DNA from: Candidatus Latescibacterota bacterium
GTDB lineage: Bacteria; Latescibacterota; UBA2968; GCA-2709665
Direction: 5' to 3'
Assembly: GCA_965116875.1 (NCBI GenBank)
Contig: OZ220733.1
Coordinates: forward strand, 3,552,001 to 3,616,000
Length of the DNA stretch: 64,000 bases
The notes beneath the pieces were generated by a model. That model was not told the origin of the DNA. It was given only the letters and a program-made list of their open reading frames with translations, and did no database searches. The position numbers and the translations under genes were made by a program. Shown here one piece after another: positions 18,767-27,999 of the stretch (within the stretch, counting starts at the first letter, position 1; each line of letters opens with the position of its first letter).

Positions 18767-20614
18767 ATGCCGAATGCGCTGCTGGTCAGTCCCCGGAATC
18801 CGGTTACTTTCTGGAGCTTCGACGAAGCCCTGAAAGTAATCGACAAAAAAGTCGCATTTCCGCCTCTGGGGCTGTTGACCATTGCCGGCATGATGTCAGA
18901 TTCGTACGACCTGCGAATGGTGGACATGAATGTGCGTCCGTTGAACGACGCGGAACTTGAGTGGGCGGACATTGTAATCACGTCGTCGATGATCATTCAC
19001 TGGCACTCGTTGGAAGACGTGATTTCACGATGCAACCGTATCGGCGTTCCGGTTCTGAACGGGGGGCCGCTTCCCACGCAATACTACGAAGAGATCGAGG
19101 GCGACGCCGTCTTCTACCTGGGCGAAGCGGAAAACGGGTTTATGGACATTGTGGATCGCCTCACGGCGGGTTCAATAACCGCTGAACGTGAATACGTGGA
19201 CCGGCGCGGCAAGTTTCAGGACCTGGCCGTAACGCCGCTTCCCCACTGGTCCCTGATCGACTTCGACGACTATAGCAATATGGTGATCCAGGTCACCCGC
19301 GGTTGCCCCGAAAGCTGTACGTTTTGCAATATACCTTCGCTGTACGGGAAGGTTACGCGGCTCAAGAGCAAGAGCAGAATGGTCCAGGAGCTGGACGCAC
19401 TATACGATACCGGCTGGCGTGGCGCGGTGATGGCGGTGGACGACAATTTCGTGGGAAACCGGGAGGAAATCAGGCACGCGCTCGAGGACGAAGTCGTACC
19501 GTGGCAGCAGGAACGCGGCTATCCGTTTCAGTTTCACACCCAGGCCAGCATCCGGGTAAGCGATGACCGGGAGCTGCTGGAGGCCATGTACCGGGCAGGA
19601 TTCGACAAGGTGTTCGCCGGAATCGAGTCTCCCGTCGAGGAAAGCCTGAAGTTCATGGGCGCACAGAAGAACCTGCAGGGCAATACCCCCCTGATGGACA
19701 AAGTCAAGATTCTCCAGGAAACCGGCTTCGAAGTTCAGGCGGGATTCATCATCGGCCTGGACACGGACCCGGACGACATTGCCGAGCGGACCATCGCTTT
19801 CATCAGGGAGGCGGGAATTCCCGTGGCGATGGTAGGTATCCTGGGGGTGCTGCGGGACACCCCCGATTACAAGCGATTCAGCCGGCAGGGGCGTCTGGTG
19901 GAAGGCGCGAAATACACGGGCGATTCGGGGGTATTCAGCCGCGACTTGAGTTACGTCCCGCTGATCGACCCGGATACGCTGCTGGAGCGGCACCGGTGGA
20001 CGGTGGAAACGCTGAACAGCCCCGAGATCTTCTTTGAGCGGTGCCTTACGTTTCTGAATAGTCGCGGGCGTCCCCCAATTGCAAAGTCACCAATACGCAT
20101 GCTCGAGGTCAAGGCGGTATTCCGGTCGATCTGGCGTCAGGGCATCCGGAACAGGAATTACCGTTGGCAATACTGGAAGTTCATGCTGCAGGTACTCCTC
20201 AAACATCCCGGCAGCATGCCGGACGCGGTGCGGCTGGCCGTGCAGGGCCACCATCTGATACTCACCACGCAGCGCGCATTGCAGGTCGACGAAGTGAAGA
20301 CGTTTCTTGACGAGGCGCTCGAACATCTGGAACATTTCAAGAATGGCTATCGCGCGGCGTACCGCAAGAACACGGACACGTACGCCGGACGTCTCATGCG
20401 GGCGGTTCACCACCGCTTCGAGCACTTTCAGGACGACCACAGGACAATGCAGCATCACGCCAAGGTGCTTCGGGGCGCCGCCCAGGAATACTACCAGGCC
20501 ACGTGCGAGGAGTTCCAACACCAGATCCGGGAGCCGCTGGAGCGTTTTCAGAAGGATACCGATCACTTGCTCAGGACCTTTTCGTCCGAGCGGGCGGCAT
20601 TGCAGAGATCGTAG
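18767..20614 (+). CDS. B12-binding radical SAM protein (DUF4070-type)
   Basis: PPLGLLTIA B12-domain start, RGCPESCTFC CxxxCxxC, VDDNF, GIES, GFIIGLDTD. Confidence 0.85.
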   Translation: MPNALLVSPRNPVTFWSFDEALKVIDKKVAFPPLGLLTIAGMMSDSYDLRMVDMNVRPLNDAELEWADIVITSSMIIHWHSLEDVISRCNRIGVPVLNGGPLPTQYYEEIEGDAVFYLGEAENGFMDIVDRLTAGSITAEREYVDRRGKFQDLAVTPLPHWSLIDFDDYSNMVIQVTRGCPESCTFCNIPSLYGKVTRLKSKSRMVQELDALYDTGWRGAVMAVDDNFVGNREEIRHALEDEVVPWQQERGYPFQFHTQASIRVSDDRELLEAMYRAGFDKVFAGIESPVEESLKFMGAQKNLQGNTPLMDKVKILQETGFEVQAGFIIGLDTDPDDIAERTIAFIREAGIPVAMVGILGVLRDTPDYKRFSRQGRLVEGAKYTGDSGVFSRDLSYVPLIDPDTLLERHRWTVETLNSPEIFFERCLTFLNSRGRPPIAKSPIRMLEVKAVFRSIWRQGIRNRNYRWQYWKFMLQVLLKHPGSMPDAVRLAVQGHHLILTTQRALQVDEVKTFLDEALEHLEHFKNGYRAAYRKNTDTYAGRLMRAVHHRFEHFQDDHRTMQHHAKVLRGAAQEYYQATCEEFQHQIREPLERFQKDTDHLLRTFSSERAALQRS

Positions 20615-20673
20615 CGTCCTGTACCGAGAATATCTTTCCGTTCACCCGCCGATTCACCCCCTCTCGCTGCGTT
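20614..20673 (+). mobile_element. Degenerate partial copy of MITE family M3 at the radical SAM stop codon
   Basis: TAGCGTCCTGTACCGAGAAT...CCGCCGATTCACCCCCTCTCGCTGCGTT aligns without gaps to 63069-63131. Confidence 0.55.
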
Positions 20674-20703
20674 GGGCGGCCTCTGTTGAAGGTCGCAGGC
20701 GAC

Positions 20704-21918
20704 TCACAGCTTCCAGTAATCGTCAATGTCGCGCTGGTAGGCGTTCACCTTCCCCTTGATCACGTCGTTGACCTTGACGACCTCGCCCGACGTACCCGAT
20801 TCGTAAAGCGCTTCGCTCACCGCCTTGCTGCGCAGGCCTTCCTCCGCGTCAATCTCCACGTCGCGTCCGGTGCTCATCGCATCGATAAAGTCCCAGAGTT
20901 CCAGGGGCATGCCGCCGGTGATGCCGTACGGAAACAGGCGTTCGTCCTCTTCCGTGCTCAGGCTCTTCCTGAACATATCCACAACCCGTTCCATGCTGTA
21001 GGTAACGCCGTCCAGGAGTTGGCACTCGCCGCGGAGCGCACCTGCCGCCGGATGGAAGATATCGTATTCCACGATGGTGCCCCTGCTGCCCGTCAGGCTG
21101 AGTTGCAGGAAGCCCTTGCCGGGCGCACTGTTGGTCCATGACCAGGTTCCGATAAGCCCGCTCCTGAAATTGAAAATGCTGGTCCAGAAGTCCTCCCGCG
21201 TGTCGTTGACGATCCTTCGCCCCTTCCTGTGCGGGCGTTTCTCGATTTGCTCCACGCGCGCGTACACGCTGTGCACTTCGCCGAACCAGTAACGCATTGT
21301 GTCCACCCAGTGGGCGCCGCTGTCCATCACCATGCCGCAGCCACCCAGCCGGCGGTCGACTCGCCAGTGCCAGTCCTGGATGTTTTTCGGGTCCTGCCAC
21401 GACGCGCTTGCGGCCAGCCAGAAGCGCGGTTTTCCCATCAGACCCCCCGCGTTGAACGCCCAATGGATCGCACGTTGCCCAACGCTGCGGCGGCACTGTT
21501 CGGCCGTTGCGGCAATGCGTTTGTGTTTCTTCGCGGCGGCGATTATCTTTTTGGTGGCCTTTACGGTGATTCCGATGGGTTTTTCGCAGATGATGTTCAC
21601 GCCGCCGGAGAGGAGCTCGCAGGCCAGCACGTGGTGCAGCCCGTGGGGGCCGCAGATATCGGCGCCGTCCAGATGCTTCTCGCCGTTGAGCAATTCCTCC
21701 ACGGTCCGGTAGGCGTTTACGCGCTGGCCGGTATGGCTTTCAATACGCTCTGCCATGGCTGTGGCACGTTCGGGAACGTCGTCTACGGTTGCGACGATAC
21801 GGAAGCGCCGTTCGTTTTTCTCCATGAGTTCCGCGTAGCCCCTGAGATGCGCTCCGGCAATGCCGCCGCAGCCGACAATGGCAAGGTTCACCCGTCGGCC
21901 GTTGGATCGTGTGGCCAT
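20704..21918 (-). CDS. Gfo/Idh/MocA family oxidoreductase
   Basis: AIVGCGGIA, CEKPIG, DSGAHWVD; start re-picked at ATG 21918. Confidence 0.85.
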   Translation of the reverse strand: MATRSNGRRVNLAIVGCGGIAGAHLRGYAELMEKNERRFRIVATVDDVPERATAMAERIESHTGQRVNAYRTVEELLNGEKHLDGADICGPHGLHHVLACELLSGGVNIICEKPIGITVKATKKIIAAAKKHKRIAATAEQCRRSVGQRAIHWAFNAGGLMGKPRFWLAASASWQDPKNIQDWHWRVDRRLGGCGMVMDSGAHWVDTMRYWFGEVHSVYARVEQIEKRPHRKGRRIVNDTREDFWTSIFNFRSGLIGTWSWTNSAPGKGFLQLSLTGSRGTIVEYDIFHPAAGALRGECQLLDGVTYSMERVVDMFRKSLSTEEDERLFPYGITGGMPLELWDFIDAMSTGRDVEIDAEEGLRSKAVSEALYESGTSGEVVKVNDVIKGKVNAYQRDIDDYWKL

Positions 21919-22051
21919 ACCATTCCTTTCAATGGAGTTATTGTGGCGAATGTGTGAGCAGAAGCCCTGGTTTTCAAGGAGTGGAGTCCATAGTACCCGG
22001 TTCGGGTGATTTGTCAAGTCGATTGTTTGCACCGCAAAAGTCAAGTGCAGA

Positions 22052-22077
22052 GTAGGGGCGTCCCTTGTGAGCGCCCT
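22052..22077 (+). repeat. GTAG-type REP (family R1)
   Basis: GTAGGGGCGTCCCTTGTGAGCGCCCT. Confidence 0.6.
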
Positions 22078-22140
22078 GCCAATGTGTCTTCTGTTTTCTT
22101 CGCGTTTTTGTGTGAGATTCTTTTCAGGAGGTGACTTGAC

Positions 22141-23010
22141 ATGCTGATTGACGCACACAACCATCCCAACTGGCACGGCTACGATGCAAGGCGAATCCTG
22201 AACAACATGGATGAGCAGGGTATTGACAGGATGTGGCTGTTTACCTGGGAGGTGCCGGAGGACGAATACGATCCGTCGTATCACAAAGCCCTGCCCCCCG
22301 GCGGGGTGGGCATTCAGCTGGAAGACGTGCTTCAGGTGGGACGGGAGGCGCGCGACCGCTTCGTACTGGGCTATTTCCCGCACCCCAAGAGGCCCGACGC
22401 CGCCGACCGCCTTCGTGCTGCGCATGAAATCCACGGCATCCAGGTTGCCAGCGAGATGAAAGTGCGCGTCCTGTTCGACGACCCGGATGCGATCCGGCTC
22501 TACAATGCGTGCGCTGAAATGAAACTGCCCATTACCATCCACCTCGACTATCCCATCAACCACGGCCGGGGAAACTATCCCAGACCGAACTATTGGTACG
22601 GCGGGAGTATCGAGGCGTTCGAGCGTGCGATCGCAGCCTGTCCGGAAACGACCTTTATCGGACACGCGCCGGGATTCTGGGCGCATATCTCGGGAGACGA
22701 TTTATACGACAAACAGTCGTATCCGGATGCGCCGGTACTTCCTGGCGGAAAGCTGTGGGATATGATGCGCCGGTACGACAATCTGTGGGCGGACCTGTCC
22801 GCCGGTTCCGCGCTGAACGCGCTCAGGCGGGACACGGAAACCGGAACGAAATTCCTCATCGAGTTTCAGGACAAACTTCTGTGGGGGCGGGACTATTTCG
22901 ACACGGCGCTGATGGACTTCTTCCAGGGGCTGTCGTTGCCCAAAGACGCGTACGACAAGATAACCTATCTTAACGCGTTGCGTATTCTGGGCGAATCCGT
23001 TCCGGATTAG
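22141..23010 (+). CDS. Amidohydrolase family protein
   Basis: IDAHNH (HxH), TIHLD, IGHAPG, DLSAGS, WGRDY; AGGAGG RBS. Confidence 0.8.
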   Translation: MLIDAHNHPNWHGYDARRILNNMDEQGIDRMWLFTWEVPEDEYDPSYHKALPPGGVGIQLEDVLQVGREARDRFVLGYFPHPKRPDAADRLRAAHEIHGIQVASEMKVRVLFDDPDAIRLYNACAEMKLPITIHLDYPINHGRGNYPRPNYWYGGSIEAFERAIAACPETTFIGHAPGFWAHISGDDLYDKQSYPDAPVLPGGKLWDMMRRYDNLWADLSAGSALNALRRDTETGTKFLIEFQDKLLWGRDYFDTALMDFFQGLSLPKDAYDKITYLNALRILGESVPD

Positions 23011-23102
23011 TCGATCTGCCCGTGGAACGACGAACGCCCCGGACCATCGCATCCGCGGGCGTTTTTTCTATTCAGCCGCCGAAAGGGAGTGGAAAGCGAT
23101 CT

Positions 23103-24221
23103 TCATGACTGTACGAATTCCGAGAGTTTCCGGGCGTACGCGGCGTTGCCATACTCCTTGAGGATCCGGTCCTGCGCGCGCGCCGCGGCGTTTTTCCGAT
23201 TGGTTTCGTGTTTCAGCCACCATCGCGCCTTGTGCCGGAGTTCCTCCAGGTCGGTCCATGTGTCAATTTCCGTGCCGACGTCGAAGACTTCCTCGATGCC
23301 CGCCACGTAATCGGTCAGCATGAATCCGCCGCTGCCGGTGATTGCGGTGTCCCGCTGGTTCAGATAGCCGTTGGCGTTGGGCGAATTGTGCTGGTTTACA
23401 TTGATCCTGGAGGCCCTGTACACGCCCGGAAGCTCCATGTAACTCCGAAAGCCGCGGTAGGAATACCTGGGCAGGTCCCGGAACGTGCCGAAACCCAGTC
23501 CACCGTAAACGTGGACCCTTCCCAGGCCTTTCAGTGCGGCGACCACTTCCTGTCTCAGCGCTCGCTGTCCGGGGAAGGGGATGGTGTGGGTGATCCGTTT
23601 GACCAGGTCTTCTGATTCCAGGTACTCTTCCGGGTTGCCGCCCTCTTTCGTGTATAGAGACATGATGGTAACGGAGAAGTCGCATTCCTCGTGTCGCGCC
23701 GGTCTGGCGAATCGATGCAATTCCATCGCCGGCGGTGGATAGAGCACAATGGCCTTGATCCCGCGTTTCGCGTAGACGTCCACGCTCTCCCTGCAGCACG
23801 TCGCGGCGAATTCGAACTCCCGGGTGAATTGAGGGCTTCGGAGAAGGTCCCACGGATCGTCCTGGGTGTGGGTTACGGTTTTGCACCATGGAAATCGTTC
23901 CCGCAGTTCAGCGATAAGCCCGGGCGGCCGGTCGTCCTTGCTGAACCACCAGACGAGCAGGTCCGGTTCGTGTTCGATAATGGTTCTGAACAGACCCTCC
24001 TTGAATGCGCCGATATCCCTGTATTTCAGGTCCCACGTCTGGTGAGGAGGGATGATGTCTGCCTCTTCCTTCGCCAGCGCGATATCCGCTTCGAGATTTG
24101 CCTCGATACACCCGCGCGTGGGTTGGTAGAGGACGTCGTATCCAATGCTCTTGAAGCCCTGCTGTATGCTCCAGAGGGATTGTCCGGGCTGGAATCCGCC
24201 GAGCAAGAGGACTTTCGGCAT
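23103..24221 (-). CDS. Glycosyltransferase, CgeB/Glyco_trans_1_2-like
   Basis: TQDDP, YRASRINVNQH, NQR...GGFMLTDY...EEVFDVGTEI, typical of the C-terminal domain. Confidence 0.7.
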   Translation of the reverse strand: MPKVLLLGGFQPGQSLWSIQQGFKSIGYDVLYQPTRGCIEANLEADIALAKEEADIIPPHQTWDLKYRDIGAFKEGLFRTIIEHEPDLLVWWFSKDDRPPGLIAELRERFPWCKTVTHTQDDPWDLLRSPQFTREFEFAATCCRESVDVYAKRGIKAIVLYPPPAMELHRFARPARHEECDFSVTIMSLYTKEGGNPEEYLESEDLVKRITHTIPFPGQRALRQEVVAALKGLGRVHVYGGLGFGTFRDLPRYSYRGFRSYMELPGVYRASRINVNQHNSPNANGYLNQRDTAITGSGGFMLTDYVAGIEEVFDVGTEIDTWTDLEELRHKARWWLKHETNRKNAAARAQDRILKEYGNAAYARKLSEFVQS

Positions 24222-24264
24222 TGACGTGTCCTTTGTGGTTTCTCTCTGTGTCTTCGTGTGAGTT

Positions 24265-24288
24265 GGGCGACCGGCCGGTCGCCCCTAC
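24265..24288 (-). repeat. GTAG-type REP (family R1)
   Basis: Reverse complement reads GTAGGGGCGACCGGCCGGTCGCCC. Confidence 0.6.
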
Positions 24289-24531
24289 AATAGCCGGGCA
24301 TGCGTCAACTGGGAACGGCAGGCAACCGGACCCCACCGACGGGCGTATATAACATAAAGGGCGAATCCTTTCGATTCCGTCCGCGGCGCCAGGCCCTTCG
24401 GTTCCCGAAGACGGCCGAAAGATAGGGGAATCGATCTGCTTGTGAAAGACGAAAGCGCCCCGGTTCGCCCGCCCCGCTTTTTGGGTTGCCCGCGAGGGGT
24501 TTTTGTCCTTACTTGGAAGTGTGGACGTTAG

Positions 24532-24691
24532 CAGCCCGTTGAAAAAGTCCATCCGGTCTGCGGCCGGCCCTTGCGGTCGAAATACTGCGTTGCGCTTCCT
24601 CGCCGAATCGCAGGATGGGACTCGGTCGCGCGCCTTGTCTTCGACCACAATGGCTCGGCCTCGCCTGCAGAGCGACTTTATCAACGGACTG
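24532..24691. mobile_element. MITE family M1 (160 bp) with 18-bp IRs and TTAG duplication
   Basis: CAGCCCGTTGAAAAAGTC ... GACTTTATCAACGGACTG (16/18 inverted match), TTAG on both flanks; near-identical copy at 42032-42190. Confidence 0.8.
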
Positions 24692-24724
24692 TTAGCGGGC
24701 GGCGCGTCGAACGGAGGTGTTGCA

Positions 24725-25585
24725 TTGACAACGGGCACGGACCTGGCTGCACGCCGGACTTCGATACGTTCGTGGTGGTCTGCCGATGGTCATCGGTTCC
24801 TGCCGCCGGCGCTCATTACCTGCATATTGGTTGGCAGCCAAATTACGTATGGAATTCTGGAGGGGCTGTCCAAAACGGCATTGGCCATTGCGGTCGCGGT
24901 TGGCGTGGAGGCCCTGCTGGGTCGGCTGCACGGGAGCCGCAGACCGAATTTCGTGAGCGGATACATCACCGGGATCAGCGTGGGGATTCTGATCCGTTCG
25001 CTCTGGCTCTGGCCCTATGCGCTCTGCAGTGCAGTTTCCATTCTGTCCAAGTATGTGATCCGCTGGCGCGGGCGGCATCTCTGGAACCCCTCCAATCTCG
25101 GCGTGAGCGCAGTGTTTTTCCTTGCCCCGGAAATGGCGGCGGGCCTGAGCGTTCAGTGGGGCAACGCCGTCTGGGTCATGCTGGTGATCTGGGTATTTGG
25201 CTGGATGGCGGTCTGGCGGGTAAACCGGCTGCATATCTGTCTGACGTACGTGATGAGTTTTCTGGCGCTTGGGTTCGTACGAAGTCTTGTCACGGGGCAG
25301 GCGTACCTGGCCGGCGTGGCGCCCATTACCGGTCCGATGTACCAGCTGTTTATCTTTTTTATGATTACGGATCCAAAGACAACGGTGAAAACAAGGCGTG
25401 GCCAGTGCTGGGTTGCGTTTTCCGTGGCTGTGATTGAAGCCGTACTGCGCCTGTACGAACAGGTCTATGCCCCGTTCTACGCGCTTTTCCTCGTTGGTCC
25501 GTGCGCGGTCGCAACAGAAATCTGGTTGGAGAAGCGCGGCGGTGTATCGGGAAATCCAGGAACCCGAGTTGAAGTCGTCGGTTGA
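24725..25585 (+). CDS. RnfD/NqrB (UnbU-like) family integral membrane protein
   Basis: SKYVIRWRGRHLWNPSNLG and FFMITDPKT motifs; TTG start after GGAGG. Confidence 0.65.
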   Translation: MTTGTDLAARRTSIRSWWSADGHRFLPPALITCILVGSQITYGILEGLSKTALAIAVAVGVEALLGRLHGSRRPNFVSGYITGISVGILIRSLWLWPYALCSAVSILSKYVIRWRGRHLWNPSNLGVSAVFFLAPEMAAGLSVQWGNAVWVMLVIWVFGWMAVWRVNRLHICLTYVMSFLALGFVRSLVTGQAYLAGVAPITGPMYQLFIFFMITDPKTTVKTRRGQCWVAFSVAVIEAVLRLYEQVYAPFYALFLVGPCAVATEIWLEKRGGVSGNPGTRVEVVG

Positions 25586-25613
25586 CGGTGCAATCATGCG
25601 CAAGGAGGTGGCG

Positions 25614-25925
25614 ATGAAGACTGAAATCAGGGGGAAACACTTCGTGGTGTCCGGCCGCTTGCGGGAGTATATCGAAAAGGAAACGGAGAAGCTGAAACAA
25701 TTCTATGAACCGATACTGGACACGCGAATCACACTCGAGCGGGAGAACCGGATGTACAGGGTCGAGATCGTGGTCCACGTGCATAACCACATCCTGAAAG
25801 CTACCGATGAACAGGACGTCGTCCATCCCGCGCTCGGGGGCGCGATCGACAAGATGATCCGGCAGCTCAAGCGGGTCAAGGAAAGGCAACGCAGGCCGCG
25901 GGTTCCCGCCGCAGCGCGGGACTGA
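25614..25925 (+). CDS. hpf: Ribosome hibernation factor HPF/RaiA (short form)
   Basis: MKTEIRGKHFVVSGRLREYIEKE...AIDKMIRQLKRVKER; AAGGAGGT RBS. Confidence 0.85.
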   Translation: MKTEIRGKHFVVSGRLREYIEKETEKLKQFYEPILDTRITLERENRMYRVEIVVHVHNHILKATDEQDVVHPALGGAIDKMIRQLKRVKERQRRPRVPAAARD

Positions 25926-25941
25926 GAGAATCCGATCCAAC

Positions 25942-25970
25942 GAAACGCTCCCGCCGCCGGGAGCGTTTTT
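25942..25970 (+). terminator. Intrinsic terminator after hpf
   Basis: AAACGCTCCCG-CCGC-CGGGAGCGTTTTT. Confidence 0.75.
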
Positions 25971-26001
25971 GCTTCCTGTCAGGACCGTTGGATATTATCA
26001 A

Positions 26002-26192
26002 CCCCAATTCGAAAAAAACTGCAATCGGGCGTCGTGATAAAACCCACCGAAACGGGGTGTAAACGTCGTCCGGTCGGACATTTTTTCCTTTCCCGTACAG
26101 AGACCTGGTGTATCCTGGTAATCCGCCGTCTAATCGCCTTTATTAACTTGCACATATTTGAATTAACGTTCACGAAAAATTACGAATCAAGG
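26002..26192. mobile_element. MITE-like repeat, family M2; supplies the last codons of nnrS
   Basis: Colinear with 9232-9421 (shared blocks GGACATTTTTTCC, CCTGGTGTATCCTGG, AATCGCCTTT, GAATTAACGT, GAATCAAGGTTA). Confidence 0.65.
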
Positions 26193-27598
26193 TTAACGGC
26201 GGGGCCGCGCCAGGTCTTCAGAAGATTGTATGCCAGCACCACCGCCGCCAGCCACCCGAGTACGCCGGAAATCCCGAATGCGATCATTGAGACCGTCAAA
26301 CCACCGGGAACCCGGTGCAGAATCTCCGCCAGGAGCAACGGCGCGATGCGGCATAGCGCGGCGGCGGTCGCGATGACAAAGGTGGCAACCACCAGACCCG
26401 GAAAGGCCACTTTGCGTTTGTGAAGGAAACCGGGAACCATCCGCGGCGCCATGCCCAGCAGAAGGAGCGTGATAAACCCCGCGAGATGCAAGTGGCGCAA
26501 TGCGTCCGGATCGAATGGCGATGTTCTGCGAAAGAGGACGAGCACGCCATCCAGCAGTTCAACCAGCGCGGCCAGCGCCAGGAAGACGTACGCGGCATAG
26601 AGCAGCAGTTCGAATCTGCCGAATTCGCCGTAGTCCGGCAGGCCGGGTCGTGTGGGGCGTCTGTCGGGCCCGGGTTCGCCGATTCGGTGTACGGTCCACG
26701 GAGGATACCAGCGGAAGAGAATGTCCAGTTTCCAGATGAACAGGAGGAGGATTCCCCCTCGGAGGACTTTTCCGATGGGCGAGAGATGCGCAACAGATGA
26801 TGCGAAGGACGTGCCCGTGAGTTGCGCCAGCACGGGCGCGTGGATGAGGATGAGCGCCAGGAGATAGACCTGTCCGTAACGTGCGACGGGCCAGCGGACG
26901 GCGGGCAGGCGCAGGTAAAGCGGGAACGTGCGGACGGAAAACGCCATCGCCGTCGGCAGGATGACGAATCCCGTAAATAACTCAATGCCGAATCGATTCC
27001 AGGCGATATGAAGGAGCGGGTTATCTCCGAAGCCCGCTTGAAAAGCGAGCGCGCCGGACAGCAGTGAATAAAACCCCCATCCGGCAACGGCAATTGCCAG
27101 GAAGATGCGAACGCTCCGCAATGCGGGGCGGTCAGGCGCGGCACTCCGCAGGGTACCGACCAGCAGGAAGAGATAACAGAAAACGCCCGCTGTTTCCAAC
27201 AACGCGGAGAATCCCAGCGACCATCGCAGTCCGGTATGAATCGGCTCTCCAGGTCCCGCGGCCAGCAGCGGCTGTGAGGCCGCGCGGAGAAAGATGCCCG
27301 TCGCAAGAAGGGAAAGGATCCACGCGGGAAGCCGGGGATGGCGCAGGGGCGTACCGGCAAGACGAGGCAGGAAATAGAGGCTCACGCCGATGATGAAAAG
27401 GCCGATCCAGCCCAGGAGTTGGGCGTGGCCGTGGGCCTGGAGCATGGCGACCCACCAGGGACCCATGGACCACTGGAAGCCGATCAGCACGGCCAGAACC
27501 GCGGCATAGCCGAATCCGACCGTCAGCGCAACGGCCAGCGACGCCAGCACAAAGCCGAAGTGGAAAGGGCTGTGGGCGCGTTTTTCGTTTTCAGACAA
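26180..27598 (-). CDS. NnrS family membrane protein
   Basis: QAHGHAQLLGWIGLFIIG, DALRHLHLAGF, GMAPRMVPGF; polytopic membrane protein. Confidence 0.7.
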   Translation of the reverse strand: MSENEKRAHSPFHFGFVLASLAVALTVGFGYAAVLAVLIGFQWSMGPWWVAMLQAHGHAQLLGWIGLFIIGVSLYFLPRLAGTPLRHPRLPAWILSLLATGIFLRAASQPLLAAGPGEPIHTGLRWSLGFSALLETAGVFCYLFLLVGTLRSAAPDRPALRSVRIFLAIAVAGWGFYSLLSGALAFQAGFGDNPLLHIAWNRFGIELFTGFVILPTAMAFSVRTFPLYLRLPAVRWPVARYGQVYLLALILIHAPVLAQLTGTSFASSVAHLSPIGKVLRGGILLLFIWKLDILFRWYPPWTVHRIGEPGPDRRPTRPGLPDYGEFGRFELLLYAAYVFLALAALVELLDGVLVLFRRTSPFDPDALRHLHLAGFITLLLLGMAPRMVPGFLHKRKVAFPGLVVATFVIATAAALCRIAPLLLAEILHRVPGGLTVSMIAFGISGVLGWLAAVVLAYNLLKTWRGPAVNLDS

Positions 27599-27763
27599 GG
27601 GTTCTCCCTCGGGACAGGCTGAGAGACAGTTCGAATTGGTATCAGTTGTGGAAAATTAACGACCGTGCCGGTTCCCGGTCGATCCCATACCCCACAATTA
27701 AGCCCGTTCGCGTGAATTAGCAACCTCTTTCGAGAAATCATGGGCCCATCCGTTGTCGGATTT

Positions 27764-27789
27764 GTAGGGGCGACCCTTGTGGTCGCCCT
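27764..27789 (+). repeat. GTAG-type REP (family R1)
   Basis: GTAGGGGCGACCCTTGTGGTCGCCCT. Confidence 0.65.
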
Positions 27790-27930
27790 GGCGCCGGCAG
27801 ATAGGATTTGCGAAAGCACGGAATGATCGATAGGAAGCCAATGGCGATTTTACTGAACCGTTATCGAAGGACCTGTGTCTATAGACATTGACAGGCGTTG
27901 CGGGAAGGGCGACGTGCAGACCATGCATCT

Positions 27931-27958
27931 GTACGGACGACCGGCCGGTCGCCCGTAC
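27931..27958. repeat. REP variant (GTAC-ended palindrome)
   Basis: GTACGGACGACCGGCCGGTCGCCCGTAC shares its core with 24265-24288. Confidence 0.55.
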
Positions 27959-27999
27959 CAAGACCCGCAGCCTTTGCCCGATCGCGGACGGATTCATTT

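Noticed and set aside
21919-22686. Long N-terminal extension of the minus-strand Gfo ORF
   Set aside because: It overlaps the real amidohydrolase on the plus strand and a REP; the Rossmann motif starts right after ATG 21918.
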